Assembly (NCBI GenBank): GCA_039972875.1
Contig: JBDWMA010000032.1
Span: forward strand, 54,727-118,726
DNA from: Pseudoruegeria sp.
Lineage (GTDB): Bacteria; Pseudomonadota; Alphaproteobacteria; Rhodobacterales; Rhodobacteraceae
Reading direction: 5' to 3'
Length of the DNA: 64,000 nucleotides
The first letter of the stretch is position 1, and each line of letters starts with the position of its first letter. The position numbers were made by a program, and so were the translations under genes. The notes beneath the pieces are model-generated. The model saw nothing but the letters and a program-made list of their open reading frames with translations, searched no databases and was not told where the DNA came from. This document shows, piece after piece, positions 29,096 to 39,348 of the stretch.

Positions 29096-31714
29096 TCAAT
29101 ACCTTTTTTCGAAGTTCATCCCTTGATCCATAAGGACAAATTGTGCAGCGGAAAGACGCGCAACAGGAACCCGAAAAGGGGAGCATGAGACGTAGTGAAA
29201 CCCTGCCCTGCGACAAAATGCGATAGACTCCGGATTGCCGCCATGCTCTCCACAGATCGAAAGAGTGATTTGGGGATTCGCTTCGCGTCCCCGGTCCGAA
29301 CCGATTGTCAAAAGCTCCCCAACGCCTTCGGTGTCGAGGATATGAAACGGATCTTCGGGGAAAACTTCTTGCTGAACGTAATGATTCATAAACCGACCAG
29401 CATCATCGCGGGACAAACCATATGTCATTTGCGTTAGATCGTTTGTCCCAAAACTTAGAAATGCCGAATGGGCCGCAATATCACCGGCCCGCAACGCGGC
29501 GCGCGGTGTTTCCACCATGACACCGAGCTTATAATCAAAATCCTCGCCCAACTTTGAACGCACCGTCGCGGCCACCGCATCAATCCGGGCTTTTACCAGC
29601 TCAACTTCGCGCTTCGCACTGACCAAGGGGATCATAATTTCAGGCACCACAGGCACCCCACGTTTTTGAGACGCAATGGTCGCTTTGAAAATCGCACGCG
29701 CTTGCATGTCATAGATTTCCGGCAAGCTCACACCAAGGCGTACGCCCCGCATTCCAAGCATTGGATTGACTTCCGACAGCGCTTTGACACGACGTTCAAC
29801 CACAGACAACGGAACATCCAAAACCTCGGCCAGTTCCCGCATCCCCGTTCTGTTGTTCGGTAAAAATTCATGCAACGGCGGATCAAACAATCGGATGCAA
29901 ACCGGCGTACCTGCCATAATGTCAAACAGCGCCGAAAAGTCAGCGATTTGCATAGGCAGCAATCGATCAAGCGCCTCTTGTCGATCCTCAGGTGCATCCG
30001 CGAAAATCATTTCACGCATTACCGTCAATCGATCCCCTTCAAAAAACATGTGTTCCGTACGGCACAGACCAATGCCGTCCGCCTGAAACCGGTGCGCAGT
30101 CAGTGCATCTGCCGGCGTGTCCGCATTTGCACGGACTTTGATATCGCGCACCTCATCCGCCCAACCCAAGAGGGTCTGGAACGCGTCATCCAACCCCGCT
30201 TCGATCAATAACGTCTCTCCGGCTAGCAATTCGCCAGTTGTACCATCCAGAGTGACCATATCGCCTTCTCGCACGCGGCGGCGATTGGGCAACAACAACA
30301 TATTAGTCTTTTCGGAAAAAACGATATCAGAGGCTCCAACGACACAGGGCACACCTAGGCCGCGTGCAATAACCGCCGCATGGCTGGTCATCCCCCCCCG
30401 TTCTGTCAGCACAGCACTGGCCGCATGCATCCCGCGCACATCCTCTGGCGTGGTCTCACGACGCACCAAAATGCAGGCTTCGCCCTGTGCCGCACTGGCC
30501 TGCGCCGCAACAGAACTAAAGACAACCCGCCCACGCGCCGCGCCCGGACTGGCGGCAATCCCGCGCACCAGACAATCCCGCGGTGCATCAGGGTCAACTT
30601 GCGGGTGCAACAATTCGGACAAGGAACGCGGCTCGACCCGCATCAAGGCTTCAGCCGGGGTTATAACCTCATCTGTTGCCAAATCCACGGCGACCCGAAC
30701 TGCAGCCCGCGATGTGCGCGGCAACCGCACCGCATCCAGAATATTCAGCGCGCCTGAATCAATTGTAAATTCGATCTGCATTTCTTCGCGCAACCGCACT
30801 CGGCATCGCTTACCGAACTCTAATAACATGTCGAACTGATTGGGGCATTGCTCTTCTAAGGATGGTCCACGCGGATCCTTGGTCAGAAACATCTCCGCCC
30901 CATCAGAAATAAGCGCATCTCGCCCCTGACTCTGGCGTTTGTAACGCCCCGTGATCTGCGGTTCTCCGGTGATCCGATCCACAAACTGAATCACCCCAGA
31001 ACCACTGCCAGCCCCGCCCACACCCAGTGCCATTTCCTGAACAATCAAACCCAGCCCGGCGTCCGCGGGGGCGCCCCGCGCTTGACGTAACAAACGCGCG
31101 GTGGTGCCATTCCATGCCCGCGCCATCGACCGCAAAACTTCGCCCAATTGCTGCGCCGGGTCTTGCGGAAAATACTCGTCTGTTTCGTCTTCATAGGCCC
31201 GCAACGCGTCACGCAACCCTTCGGAACTTGATAGATTTCCCTCAGAAAACATATCGGGATCTAGCCGCGCCACGTGGATGGAATAGGCCTGAATAAACCG
31301 CATATAGATGGCGTTTGCCGCCTCTTTGCCGACAGTTTCGACCATATAGGCGTGGCGCGCATCATTCATACCGATGTTTAGAATGGCCCCCGGCCCCCCC
31401 CAATCGGGATCTTCAGAGCTGGGTCGAACAGACACCAAAGGGACATCGCCAAAGCTCGCCATCATCCCATCCGTATCCGGAAGGTGCCCTTCGGCGATGG
31501 CTTGCACCGTTGGAAAGGACAACGCCAAAGTCCGTGGCACCGGTAAATCTAACCGCACAAGGCGCTGCAGGCATTTCGCCCGCCCGCCATGGGTGGTGAT
31601 TGCAATGGGGGCGGTGGGCGTGATTTCTTTGAAATCAGCAAAGGCGTCAAGTTTCTGCAATGCAGCAATCCTTCTGGTGCCTCCGCAGAATACCCAGACC
31701 GGCAGACGAAACAA
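29096..31714 (-). CDS. PEP-utilising enzyme, pyruvate phosphate dikinase-like with divergent N-terminus
   Basis: Phospho-His loop GGMTSHAAVIARGLG and C-terminal CGEHGG are present. The canonical N-terminal GGKGANLAEM is replaced by HGGRAKCLQRL. There is no in-frame ATG near the 5' end; candidate starts are TTG 31714 or TTG 31660. Confidence 0.8.
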   Translation of the reverse strand: MFRLPVWVFCGGTRRIAALQKLDAFADFKEITPTAPIAITTHGGRAKCLQRLVRLDLPVPRTLALSFPTVQAIAEGHLPDTDGMMASFGDVPLVSVRPSSEDPDWGGPGAILNIGMNDARHAYMVETVGKEAANAIYMRFIQAYSIHVARLDPDMFSEGNLSSSEGLRDALRAYEDETDEYFPQDPAQQLGEVLRSMARAWNGTTARLLRQARGAPADAGLGLIVQEMALGVGGAGSGSGVIQFVDRITGEPQITGRYKRQSQGRDALISDGAEMFLTKDPRGPSLEEQCPNQFDMLLEFGKRCRVRLREEMQIEFTIDSGALNILDAVRLPRTSRAAVRVAVDLATDEVITPAEALMRVEPRSLSELLHPQVDPDAPRDCLVRGIAASPGAARGRVVFSSVAAQASAAQGEACILVRRETTPEDVRGMHAASAVLTERGGMTSHAAVIARGLGVPCVVGASDIVFSEKTNMLLLPNRRRVREGDMVTLDGTTGELLAGETLLIEAGLDDAFQTLLGWADEVRDIKVRANADTPADALTAHRFQADGIGLCRTEHMFFEGDRLTVMREMIFADAPEDRQEALDRLLPMQIADFSALFDIMAGTPVCIRLFDPPLHEFLPNNRTGMRELAEVLDVPLSVVERRVKALSEVNPMLGMRGVRLGVSLPEIYDMQARAIFKATIASQKRGVPVVPEIMIPLVSAKREVELVKARIDAVAATVRSKLGEDFDYKLGVMVETPRAALRAGDIAAHSAFLSFGTNDLTQMTYGLSRDDAGRFMNHYVQQEVFPEDPFHILDTEGVGELLTIGSDRGREANPQITLSICGEHGGNPESIAFCRRAGFHYVSCSPFRVPVARLSAAQFVLMDQGMNFEKRY

Positions 31715-31738
31715 GCCTGCCGTTCTCTGAGCATTCGA

Positions 31739-33796
31739 TTAGCCCTCGATCAGGGTCAAATCCGCGACGGGGCTACAAATACTGCGGATACGGTGCAACA
31801 GGTTCAAACGGTTGCGCCGAATGACGGCGGAGTCCGCATTCACCTGCACGGCCTCAAAAAACGCATCAATGGGTGCGCGCAGCGCCGCCATAGCCGCCAT
31901 TGCGGCTGCGAAATCTTCGGCCTCGATGGCCGGAGAGATCGCCCCCTCTGCCTGATCGAGCGCAGCGAACAAGGCTTTTTCCACATCGTTTTCGGCAAAT
32001 TTCACATCCGCCCCATAGGAATACTCAACCCCATCCTTTTTCTCTTCTGCCGTAAGAATGTTGTTGGCGCGTTTGAACCCCTGCAACAAGTTTTCCCCAT
32101 CATCGGTGCCCATAAAGTCCTGCAGGGCGCGCGCACGGTTCACCAGCAACGTCAGTTCGTCATTGCCGTCCATCGCGAGGCAAGCGTCAATTACATCATG
32201 ACGAATGCCTTGATCACGGAGGTAGGTTTTCAAACGATCATGGAAAAAGGAAAGGAGGTCTGCGGTATCCGCTCCTTCGTATCCTTGTGACATCACAGCC
32301 TTCAAGCTAAGACGGAATTCATTCTCCAACACCAACCGGATTACACCTAACGCCGCTCGGCGCAGGGCAAATGGGTCTTTAGACCCCGTTGGTTTCTCAT
32401 CAATGGCCCAGAACCCCGTCAGGGTGTCGAGCTTATCGGCCAAAGCAACGGCCACAGACAGCGGCGCGGTGGGCACGTCATCGGATGGCCCTAATGGGGA
32501 ATAATGCTCTTCGGCCACGGCAGCGACATCGGACGGCAAGCCAGCAGCCTCGGCGTAATAGCGGCCCATCAGGCCTTGCAGTTCCGGAAACTCATAGACC
32601 ATTTCGCTAGACAGATCGGCTTTGGCGATTTTGGCGGCCTGTTCGGCCTGATCCGCATCCGCCCCAATCAGAGGCGCAATTTCGCGGGCAAGTGCTGCGA
32701 TGCGGTCAATCCGCGCCGCTTGTGTCCCGAGTTTATTGTGGAAGGTCACATTGGACAGGCTTTCGGTCCAAGTCCCCATATCGGCCTTGGCCACGCGCAG
32801 GTCGTTCTCCCAAAAGAATTTCGCATCCGACAGACGCGCAAATAGAACTTTTTGGTTCCCCGCCAGAATGGTCGCACCGTTGTCTTTGGTTTCACGGTTG
32901 GCCACTGTGATGAACTTTTCAATCCGGCCCGTTTTGGGATTTTTCACCGAGAAAAACTTTTGGTGCTCTTTCATCGACGTCTGCAGGACCTCAGGCGGAA
33001 GGCCAAGAAAATCTTCTGCAATATCACCCATCAGCACGACGGGCCATTCAACCAGCCCGGCAACCTCTGCCAGCAAACCTTTGTCGTCCACGACTTCTAG
33101 GCCATTGGCAAAGGCCTGATTGGTGGCATCCGCCCAAATGTGGTCGGCGCGTTCTTGGGCGTCCAGTACCACGAAGTTGCGTTTCAGTTTACTGTCATAA
33201 TCTTCATAGGAGGTCACAGCAAATCGCCCTGCCCCCATGAACCGGTGCCCTTCGGTGGTATCGCCTGATACAATCCCGTCAACATCCATCGGAACAACGG
33301 TGGCGCCAGTATCGTCGGTCAGAATACAAAGAATAGAATGTAACGGCCGCACCCACCGTAGGGTGCCACTGCCCCAACGCATGGATTTCGGCCAAGGGAA
33401 GTTGCGGATGGTCGCCTCAAGCACTTCGGCAATAATCTCCGCTGCTGGCCGGCCCGCTTTTTCAAAAGACGCAAAATAGACCTGCCCTTTTTTGTCGTCG
33501 CGGATCTCCAGATCATCTATCGTCAACCCGGTGGATCGTAAAAACCCCTCAATGGCTTTTTCGGGCGCACCGACTTTGGGGCCTTTGCGCTCTTCTTTTA
33601 GGGTTGGGCTTTCGGCCAAAACACCGTCCAATGTCAGGCACAAACGCCGAGGCGCCGACAGTGCGCCGGCCCCCGCATATGTCAAACCCGCATCGACCAA
33701 ACCATTTGTCACCAAGCGTTTTAAATCAGCGGCCGCTTTGGCCTGCATTCGCGCTGGAATTTCTTCGGAATAGAGTTCGATCAGAAGGTCTGGCAT
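31739..33796 (-). CDS. glyS: Glycine--tRNA ligase beta subunit
   Basis: 685 aa, beginning MPDLLIELYSEEIPARMQ, a typical GlyS N-terminus. Confidence 0.95.
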   Translation of the reverse strand: MPDLLIELYSEEIPARMQAKAAADLKRLVTNGLVDAGLTYAGAGALSAPRRLCLTLDGVLAESPTLKEERKGPKVGAPEKAIEGFLRSTGLTIDDLEIRDDKKGQVYFASFEKAGRPAAEIIAEVLEATIRNFPWPKSMRWGSGTLRWVRPLHSILCILTDDTGATVVPMDVDGIVSGDTTEGHRFMGAGRFAVTSYEDYDSKLKRNFVVLDAQERADHIWADATNQAFANGLEVVDDKGLLAEVAGLVEWPVVLMGDIAEDFLGLPPEVLQTSMKEHQKFFSVKNPKTGRIEKFITVANRETKDNGATILAGNQKVLFARLSDAKFFWENDLRVAKADMGTWTESLSNVTFHNKLGTQAARIDRIAALAREIAPLIGADADQAEQAAKIAKADLSSEMVYEFPELQGLMGRYYAEAAGLPSDVAAVAEEHYSPLGPSDDVPTAPLSVAVALADKLDTLTGFWAIDEKPTGSKDPFALRRAALGVIRLVLENEFRLSLKAVMSQGYEGADTADLLSFFHDRLKTYLRDQGIRHDVIDACLAMDGNDELTLLVNRARALQDFMGTDDGENLLQGFKRANNILTAEEKKDGVEYSYGADVKFAENDVEKALFAALDQAEGAISPAIEAEDFAAAMAAMAALRAPIDAFFEAVQVNADSAVIRRNRLNLLHRIRSICSPVADLTLIEG

Positions 33797-33805
33797 TGGA
33801 GTGTC

Positions 33806-35014
33806 CTAAAACGACAGAAAGATTTGGATGACAATCGCATTCGCAATATCAACAAAGAAAGCGGATACCAGCGGAAGGATCACAAAGGCAACAGGTGAAG
33901 GGCCATAGTTTTTGGTCACAGCCGACATATTTGCGATTGCCGTAGGGGTTGCCCCCAAAGCAAAGCCGCCAAAACCAGCTCCTAACACCGCCGCACGATA
34001 GTTACGCCCCATCACCGGGAACAGCACAAAGAGGATAAACACCATCGCCACAGCGGCCTGTGCGACCAGCACAAAGGTCAAGGTGGTACCCATTCCGGCA
34101 AGCTCCCACAGCTTTAGCGACATTAGTGACATGGCCAAAAACAAGCCTAGGGTAAATTCAGAGATCATCGCCAATGTCGGTGTTCGGCTGACGGTTGGGG
34201 CTTTGGGAAAGAGCAAAGGTTTGACGTTCCCAACAACGATGCCCATCAAAAGGCAAGGCACGAACACCGGTAGCATGATACCGGCCGCCGCAATGGTTTC
34301 ATGCAGACCATACCCCAGCAAGATTGAGATATTCATCACAAGGATGACCTCCATCAAGGTCACATGGGTGATGTTGCGTTTTGCAGCATCGTCATAGGCG
34401 ATACCAACGGATTGCTCTTCGTTTTCACGGGCCGGTGTCAAGCCCTTGCCCTCAATCAGGATTTTCGCAATCGGACCGCCAATCAGCGCAGCCACCACCA
34501 AGCCTAGGGTCGCCGTCGCCACCCCAAGCTCCTCAAGACCCTCCATGCCAGTCAATCGCGCCACCTCGGGGGACCACGCAATCGCGGTACCATGCCCTCC
34601 GATCAGGGCGGCAGACCCAAAGAGGATCGACATCTCTTTTGGAAGGTCAAACAAAATGGTCGCAAGCAGGCCGACTGTGTTTTGTAAAAACAAAAACACA
34701 ATGGTGAGGATCAGCAAAAAAACCAAAGGCATGCCCCCCCGCACCAGATCGGACAAGCGTGCATTCAACCCTATGCCTGTAAAAAACATCACCAACAGAA
34801 AATCGCGACTTTCCAGCGAAAACGTAATTTCAATATCAAAGACCTGATAGAGAACCAATGTCACAATGGCCGCCGCCAAACCGCCCGTGACGGGTTCGGG
34901 GATGTTGAAATTTTCTAGGATCTTAACTCGGTGGGTCATTGCCGCACCAAAGAGATAAACCACAATCGCGAGGGAAACCGCGATGAACTCTGGGACCAGG
35001 ATCGTCTGTGTCAT
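33806..35014 (-). CDS. gltS: Sodium/glutamate symporter
   Basis: 402 aa. It aligns by eye with E. coli GltS blocks (NIPEPVTGGL, FFTGIGLNA, GGHGTAIAW). Confidence 0.85.
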   Translation of the reverse strand: MTQTILVPEFIAVSLAIVVYLFGAAMTHRVKILENFNIPEPVTGGLAAAIVTLVLYQVFDIEITFSLESRDFLLVMFFTGIGLNARLSDLVRGGMPLVFLLILTIVFLFLQNTVGLLATILFDLPKEMSILFGSAALIGGHGTAIAWSPEVARLTGMEGLEELGVATATLGLVVAALIGGPIAKILIEGKGLTPARENEEQSVGIAYDDAAKRNITHVTLMEVILVMNISILLGYGLHETIAAAGIMLPVFVPCLLMGIVVGNVKPLLFPKAPTVSRTPTLAMISEFTLGLFLAMSLMSLKLWELAGMGTTLTFVLVAQAAVAMVFILFVLFPVMGRNYRAAVLGAGFGGFALGATPTAIANMSAVTKNYGPSPVAFVILPLVSAFFVDIANAIVIQIFLSF

Positions 35015-35018
35015 TCGT

Positions 35019-35498
35019 TTAATCCCGGTATTTTTCGTTCAATTGATGCCAGACATAGGCGCGCCCATCCTCATAAACCGCGATAACCCGATCGATTCCA
35101 TCGCCGATGTCACGTTCTGATAGAAACGCAAATGCAGTGCCCGTCTCAAGGTCTGCGCCGATTTGTTTTGCATCATAACATTCAAACCACGAAGGGCCTG
35201 TGGTTGGTTCAGCCGCCTCATAAGTGACAAAGGTTTCCGTCAAAAGGGCCACAGACATAGGTGTGGAAAAACAAGCGCGAAACCGTAGCGGGGAGCTGTT
35301 CGCATCAATCCCCTGAAATGAGTCCACCAGGATCGGCTCAGGTGTGTCCGTCACGAGATTGGTCAATTGCAAGACAACACCCGCTTCTTCCTCATAAGAG
35401 ACTTCTTCGTAAAAGGCATAAGTCTGCAAATAGTAAATTGCGATACCTGCAATAAGTGCGGTGGCCACGATGGCAGCTCCTGCGATTTTTCCGGTCAT
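35019..35498 (-). CDS. Membrane-anchored protein (DUF6446-like)
   Basis: Start at MTGKIAGAAIVATALIAGIAIYYL. It has a single N-terminal TM helix and lies in the glyQ-glyS neighbourhood. The family name is from memory. Confidence 0.55.
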   Translation of the reverse strand: MTGKIAGAAIVATALIAGIAIYYLQTYAFYEEVSYEEEAGVVLQLTNLVTDTPEPILVDSFQGIDANSSPLRFRACFSTPMSVALLTETFVTYEAAEPTTGPSWFECYDAKQIGADLETGTAFAFLSERDIGDGIDRVIAVYEDGRAYVWHQLNEKYRD

Positions 35499-35611
35499 GA
35501 ATTGGCCCTTTGGATGTCTGTGGCGCGATAAGAATCTTTCGACTTGCCCCTGACGACTGCCCATATCACTGTGCCCCGATGAGGTAAAACACTGGCTGCA
35601 AAAGGGCACCT

Positions 35612-36247
35612 ATGGAACAGGCATTTGTAATTTCAATGTTCGGAGCGTTATTCGCGGTCATGAATCCGTTCGTAAATCTCCCGATTTTTTTGGGCCTCAC
35701 GGACGGACAAGACGTCGCCAGTCAACGGAAAACGGCCGTTCAGGTAGTGGTTTTCACTAGCATAATGTGCGTGATCGTCGCGTTGGCCGGATCTGCTATA
35801 CTTTCGTTCTTCGGGGTTTCAATCGATGCCTTTCGACTGGCCGGCGGTTTAGTCTTGGGCCACATCGGTTGGAACATGCTGAACGGAGAGGATAACAAAT
35901 CCCATCACGGGACATCCTCTGAGAAAAAAGACCTATCAACCACCGAGAGTGTTGCGTTCTATCCGATGACATTTCCAATGTTGGTGGGCCCCGGGACGAT
36001 TACGACCCTGATCTTGTTTGCGGAAAAAGCCAGCAGTGTGCTTAATATTATTGCCTACGCGCTGGTTGTGACTTTGGTCATTGGTATTTTGGGGGTCGTG
36101 TTTTGGTTCGCCAGCACGATTAGTCAACACATGAGCACGACAATGCGCGTAATTATGACCCGTATTATGGGCATGATTCTCATGGCAATCGCAGCAGGGA
36201 TGATCACCGAAGGTGCCAAAGCCCTATTGCCGGGGCTTGCCTCCTAG
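35612..36247 (+). CDS. MarC-family (UPF0056) integral membrane protein
   Basis: 211 aa with 6 TM helices. The N-terminus NPFVNLPIFLGLT is typical of MarC. Confidence 0.8.
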   Translation: MEQAFVISMFGALFAVMNPFVNLPIFLGLTDGQDVASQRKTAVQVVVFTSIMCVIVALAGSAILSFFGVSIDAFRLAGGLVLGHIGWNMLNGEDNKSHHGTSSEKKDLSTTESVAFYPMTFPMLVGPGTITTLILFAEKASSVLNIIAYALVVTLVIGILGVVFWFASTISQHMSTTMRVIMTRIMGMILMAIAAGMITEGAKALLPGLAS

Positions 36248-36311
36248 GGACGCTCCACTCAGTTATCTCCGCACAAAGCCCCCTGTTGATAAAGGGGGGC
36301 ATATACAAATC

Positions 36312-36347
36312 AAAGCGCAGACCGGTATTCCCAGTCTGCGCTTTGTT
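36312..36347. terminator. Bidirectional terminator between convergent marC-like gene and glyQ
   Basis: AAAGCGCAGAC-N11-GUCUGCGCUUUGUUU: a perfect 8-bp GC stem flanked by A- and T-runs. Confidence 0.7.
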
Positions 36348-36370
36348 TAATTCCTTGGTACTAAATGGCC

Positions 36371-37300
36371 TTAAGCCGCAGCGCCGCCGGCTTCTGTTTG
36401 TACAAAAGCATCGGCACATTGTTTTGCCAGCGTGCGGACGCGGCCAATATAGGCCTGACGTTCCGTTACCGAAATCACACCCCGTGCGTCCAAAAGATTG
36501 AACAAATGGCTGGCCTTGATGCATTGATCATAGGCCGGATGCGCCATGATGATACGCTTACCGGTTTTAGGATCGATTGCCTCTTGAGAAAGAATGGCTT
36601 CACACTCGGCTTCGGCCTCTTCAAAGTGTTTTAGCAACACCTCTGTATTGGCCACATCAAAATTCCAACGCGAATACTCTTGTTCGGTTTGCCGAAAGAC
36701 ATCGCCATAAGTCAGCGGGATCGCACAGTCTGGGTCGTTGTAGGGCATGTCCATCACGTGATCGACACCCAGCACATACATCGCCAGTCGTTCCAGACCA
36801 TATGTCAGCTCACCCGAGACTGGTTTACAGTCATGGCCGCCAACTTGTTGGAAATAAGTGAACTGACTGACTTCCATACCATCGCACCAGACCTCCCAGC
36901 CAAGCCCCCAAGCACCAAGTGTGGGTGACTCCCAGTCATCTTCAACGAAACGGATGTCGTGCATCTCCATGTCGATGCCGATGGCCACAAGGCTCCCAAG
37001 ATAGAGGTCCTGCAAATTGGGTGGGCTGGGTTTGATCAGCGCCTGAAACTGGTAGTAATACTGCAACCGGTTTGGGTTTTCACCATAACGGCCATCCGTC
37101 GGACGGCGAGATGGCTGAACATAGGCCGCGGCCCAGTGGTTGCTGCCCAGCGCACGCAGCGTTGTCGCAGGGTGGAATGTCCCTGCGCCGACCTCCATGT
37201 CGTAGGGTTGCAACACAGCACAGCCCTGTTTGGCCCAGTAATTTTGTAGCCGCAGGATGATCTCCTGAAAGCTTTTTGGCGTGGAATTTTCGTTCGACAT
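36371..37300 (-). CDS. glyQ: Glycine--tRNA ligase alpha subunit
   Basis: 309 aa. The sequence [34 protein letters not shown] is highly characteristic. Confidence 0.97.
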   Translation of the reverse strand: MSNENSTPKSFQEIILRLQNYWAKQGCAVLQPYDMEVGAGTFHPATTLRALGSNHWAAAYVQPSRRPTDGRYGENPNRLQYYYQFQALIKPSPPNLQDLYLGSLVAIGIDMEMHDIRFVEDDWESPTLGAWGLGWEVWCDGMEVSQFTYFQQVGGHDCKPVSGELTYGLERLAMYVLGVDHVMDMPYNDPDCAIPLTYGDVFRQTEQEYSRWNFDVANTEVLLKHFEEAEAECEAILSQEAIDPKTGKRIIMAHPAYDQCIKASHLFNLLDARGVISVTERQAYIGRVRTLAKQCADAFVQTEAGGAAA

Positions 37301-37353
37301 GCCGACCCTCTTTGGCGTAATGGCGTTTCTCTTAGGCGGTTGGGCTTACAGCG

Positions 37354-37779
37354 TCAATCATTCGGGGGCCCCTCGTCCACCATAAGCGCTTGAGCGGCCG
37401 CGCAAGTTGCCCCCACATGATCAGACAATGGCAACCGACCAGCGTTGATATCCGAAATCGGCACCCAAGCCGCCTGAAGTGCGTCATCTGCGGCCACTGG
37501 TGCGCCCTCCGGGGCCTTACACAGCACCCCAAACATAACATAATGGAACCCTTCCTTTAGGTTTTCCATGTGGCCCATCACTGACACCGGCTGGGCAGTT
37601 ACCCCTGTTTCTTCTAGCAATTCACGTGCTGCAGCCTCAGTCAGACGTTCGCCGAATTCAACGCGCCCCCCGGGAAAACCCCATAGCTTTGCATCAGGTG
37701 GGTTTTTGCGTTGCACCAGCAACGCATGAGTATCAGTCACAGTGACCGCAAGCACCGCAATTTCAGGCCGCTTCTGCAT
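37354..37779 (-). CDS. NUDIX hydrolase
   Basis: Nudix box is GGRVEFGERLTEAAARELLEETG. It overlaps the upstream decarboxylase gene by 17 nt. Confidence 0.9.
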   Translation of the reverse strand: MQKRPEIAVLAVTVTDTHALLVQRKNPPDAKLWGFPGGRVEFGERLTEAAARELLEETGVTAQPVSVMGHMENLKEGFHYVMFGVLCKAPEGAPVAADDALQAAWVPISDINAGRLPLSDHVGATCAAAQALMVDEGPPND

Positions 37780-39202
37780 CTATTTCCGCCCCTGTCGCCA
37801 ACACACCTTTTATAAGATGCGTTAAATCTGCATCCCGCGTTCTGTGGTTGGTAATGTTCACGCGTATCGCCAATTCTTGGTTCAAAATGGTTGTCGATAC
37901 CACAGCAAGACCACTTTCCTGCAACCGAATAACCAGTTCGGAATTGATCGCATCACTATCTACCCTGCGACGTGGAAGGTATTTGAAACAAACAATACCA
38001 AGCGTCACCGGATTAACCCTGTGCAATTCAGAGGTTGCATCGACCAAATCGGCAAGCAGTCTGGCCTGTCGACAATTCTCAGCCACGGCCTCCCCCAAGG
38101 CTTTGGTGCCATGTTCCTGCAAATGCGCCCAAACTTTTAATGCGCGATATCCTCTGGACAATTCAGGCCCATAATCCACAGGCCAGAAATCACCCGCTGC
38201 AAGGCCACGGGTCGCGGGGGCCAGATAAGCAGGACGTTCTGAAAAGGCGCGCAGCTGCACTGAGGCGTCCCGGATCAAGATACACCCAGCATCATAGGTC
38301 ACATGCATCCATTTGTGAAAATCAAACGCCAGCGAATCCGCGCGCTCCATTCCCTTAAGCAAAGGCGCCAACGCTGGGCTAAGGCGCGCTGCGGCCCCCA
38401 ATGCCCCATCCACGTGATACCAAAGCCCCTGTGCCTGACATAGATCTGCAAGAGCCTCTAGATCATCAATTGCCCCGACATTCACCGCACCAGCGGTTCC
38501 AGTTACAAAAAAGGGCCGCAAGCCTGCAGCGCGATCTTCAGTCATCGCCGCCTCCAAGGCTCCAAGATCCATTTGAAAGGCGTCGTTGCAACGAATCTGC
38601 CGCAACCGATCAGACCCCAATCCCAACAAATCAAACGCCCGTGCCACACAGCTGTGGGTCTGCTCTGAGCAATATCCAACGAGATCAAGGTCAGAGAGCC
38701 CTTTTTTGCGGATATCAAACCCCAAAGCGGTTTCACGCGCGCATTTCACTGCAATCACTGTCGCCATTGATGTGCCTGAGGTTAAAAGACCACCTGCACT
38801 GGCCGGAAATCCCATCATCTCTTTGCACCACCGCAACACCGATTTTTCTACATGGATGCCCCCGTGGTCTCGCCCCCCCAAGTTGGCATTGATTACAGAG
38901 GTCGCGATATCAGACATCAGCCCACTGGCCGTTCCCGTACCATGAACCCATCCCCAAAACCGTGGATGCGTGTTTCCAACCCCATAGGGCAGCATGCCTT
39001 CTATGGCGTTACGGACCTCAGATGGTGATTTTCCGAATTCAGGGACCTTAATATTCAGCTCGGCTTTTTTCGCATCCGGTAAAGGGGTCCAAACGCGCCC
39101 CTCTTCGGCCTGTTCCAATTTATCTAAAGCCGCATCCAACATCTTATGGGCGTCGGCCCGAAACCCAGTCCAGTCTTTAGGATCAAGTTTACCCGTTGCC
39201 AT
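37763..39202 (-). CDS. PLP-dependent group II decarboxylase family protein
   Basis: 479 aa with the PLP-lysine context SLAFDFHKWMHV. Confidence 0.8.
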   Translation of the reverse strand: MATGKLDPKDWTGFRADAHKMLDAALDKLEQAEEGRVWTPLPDAKKAELNIKVPEFGKSPSEVRNAIEGMLPYGVGNTHPRFWGWVHGTGTASGLMSDIATSVINANLGGRDHGGIHVEKSVLRWCKEMMGFPASAGGLLTSGTSMATVIAVKCARETALGFDIRKKGLSDLDLVGYCSEQTHSCVARAFDLLGLGSDRLRQIRCNDAFQMDLGALEAAMTEDRAAGLRPFFVTGTAGAVNVGAIDDLEALADLCQAQGLWYHVDGALGAAARLSPALAPLLKGMERADSLAFDFHKWMHVTYDAGCILIRDASVQLRAFSERPAYLAPATRGLAAGDFWPVDYGPELSRGYRALKVWAHLQEHGTKALGEAVAENCRQARLLADLVDATSELHRVNPVTLGIVCFKYLPRRRVDSDAINSELVIRLQESGLAVVSTTILNQELAIRVNITNHRTRDADLTHLIKGVLATGAEIDAEAA

Positions 39203-39348
39203 ATTTGTACCCTCACTTTTTCGTCATCGTTAGTGTGCAACAGTCGCGGGGTCAAATGAACTGACTTGGCAATCACATCGTGCAGTCTATGTTGCAACCC
39301 ATTAGCGTCATCAATCACACCGGTTGCGCATTTGGATCACGGACACAG

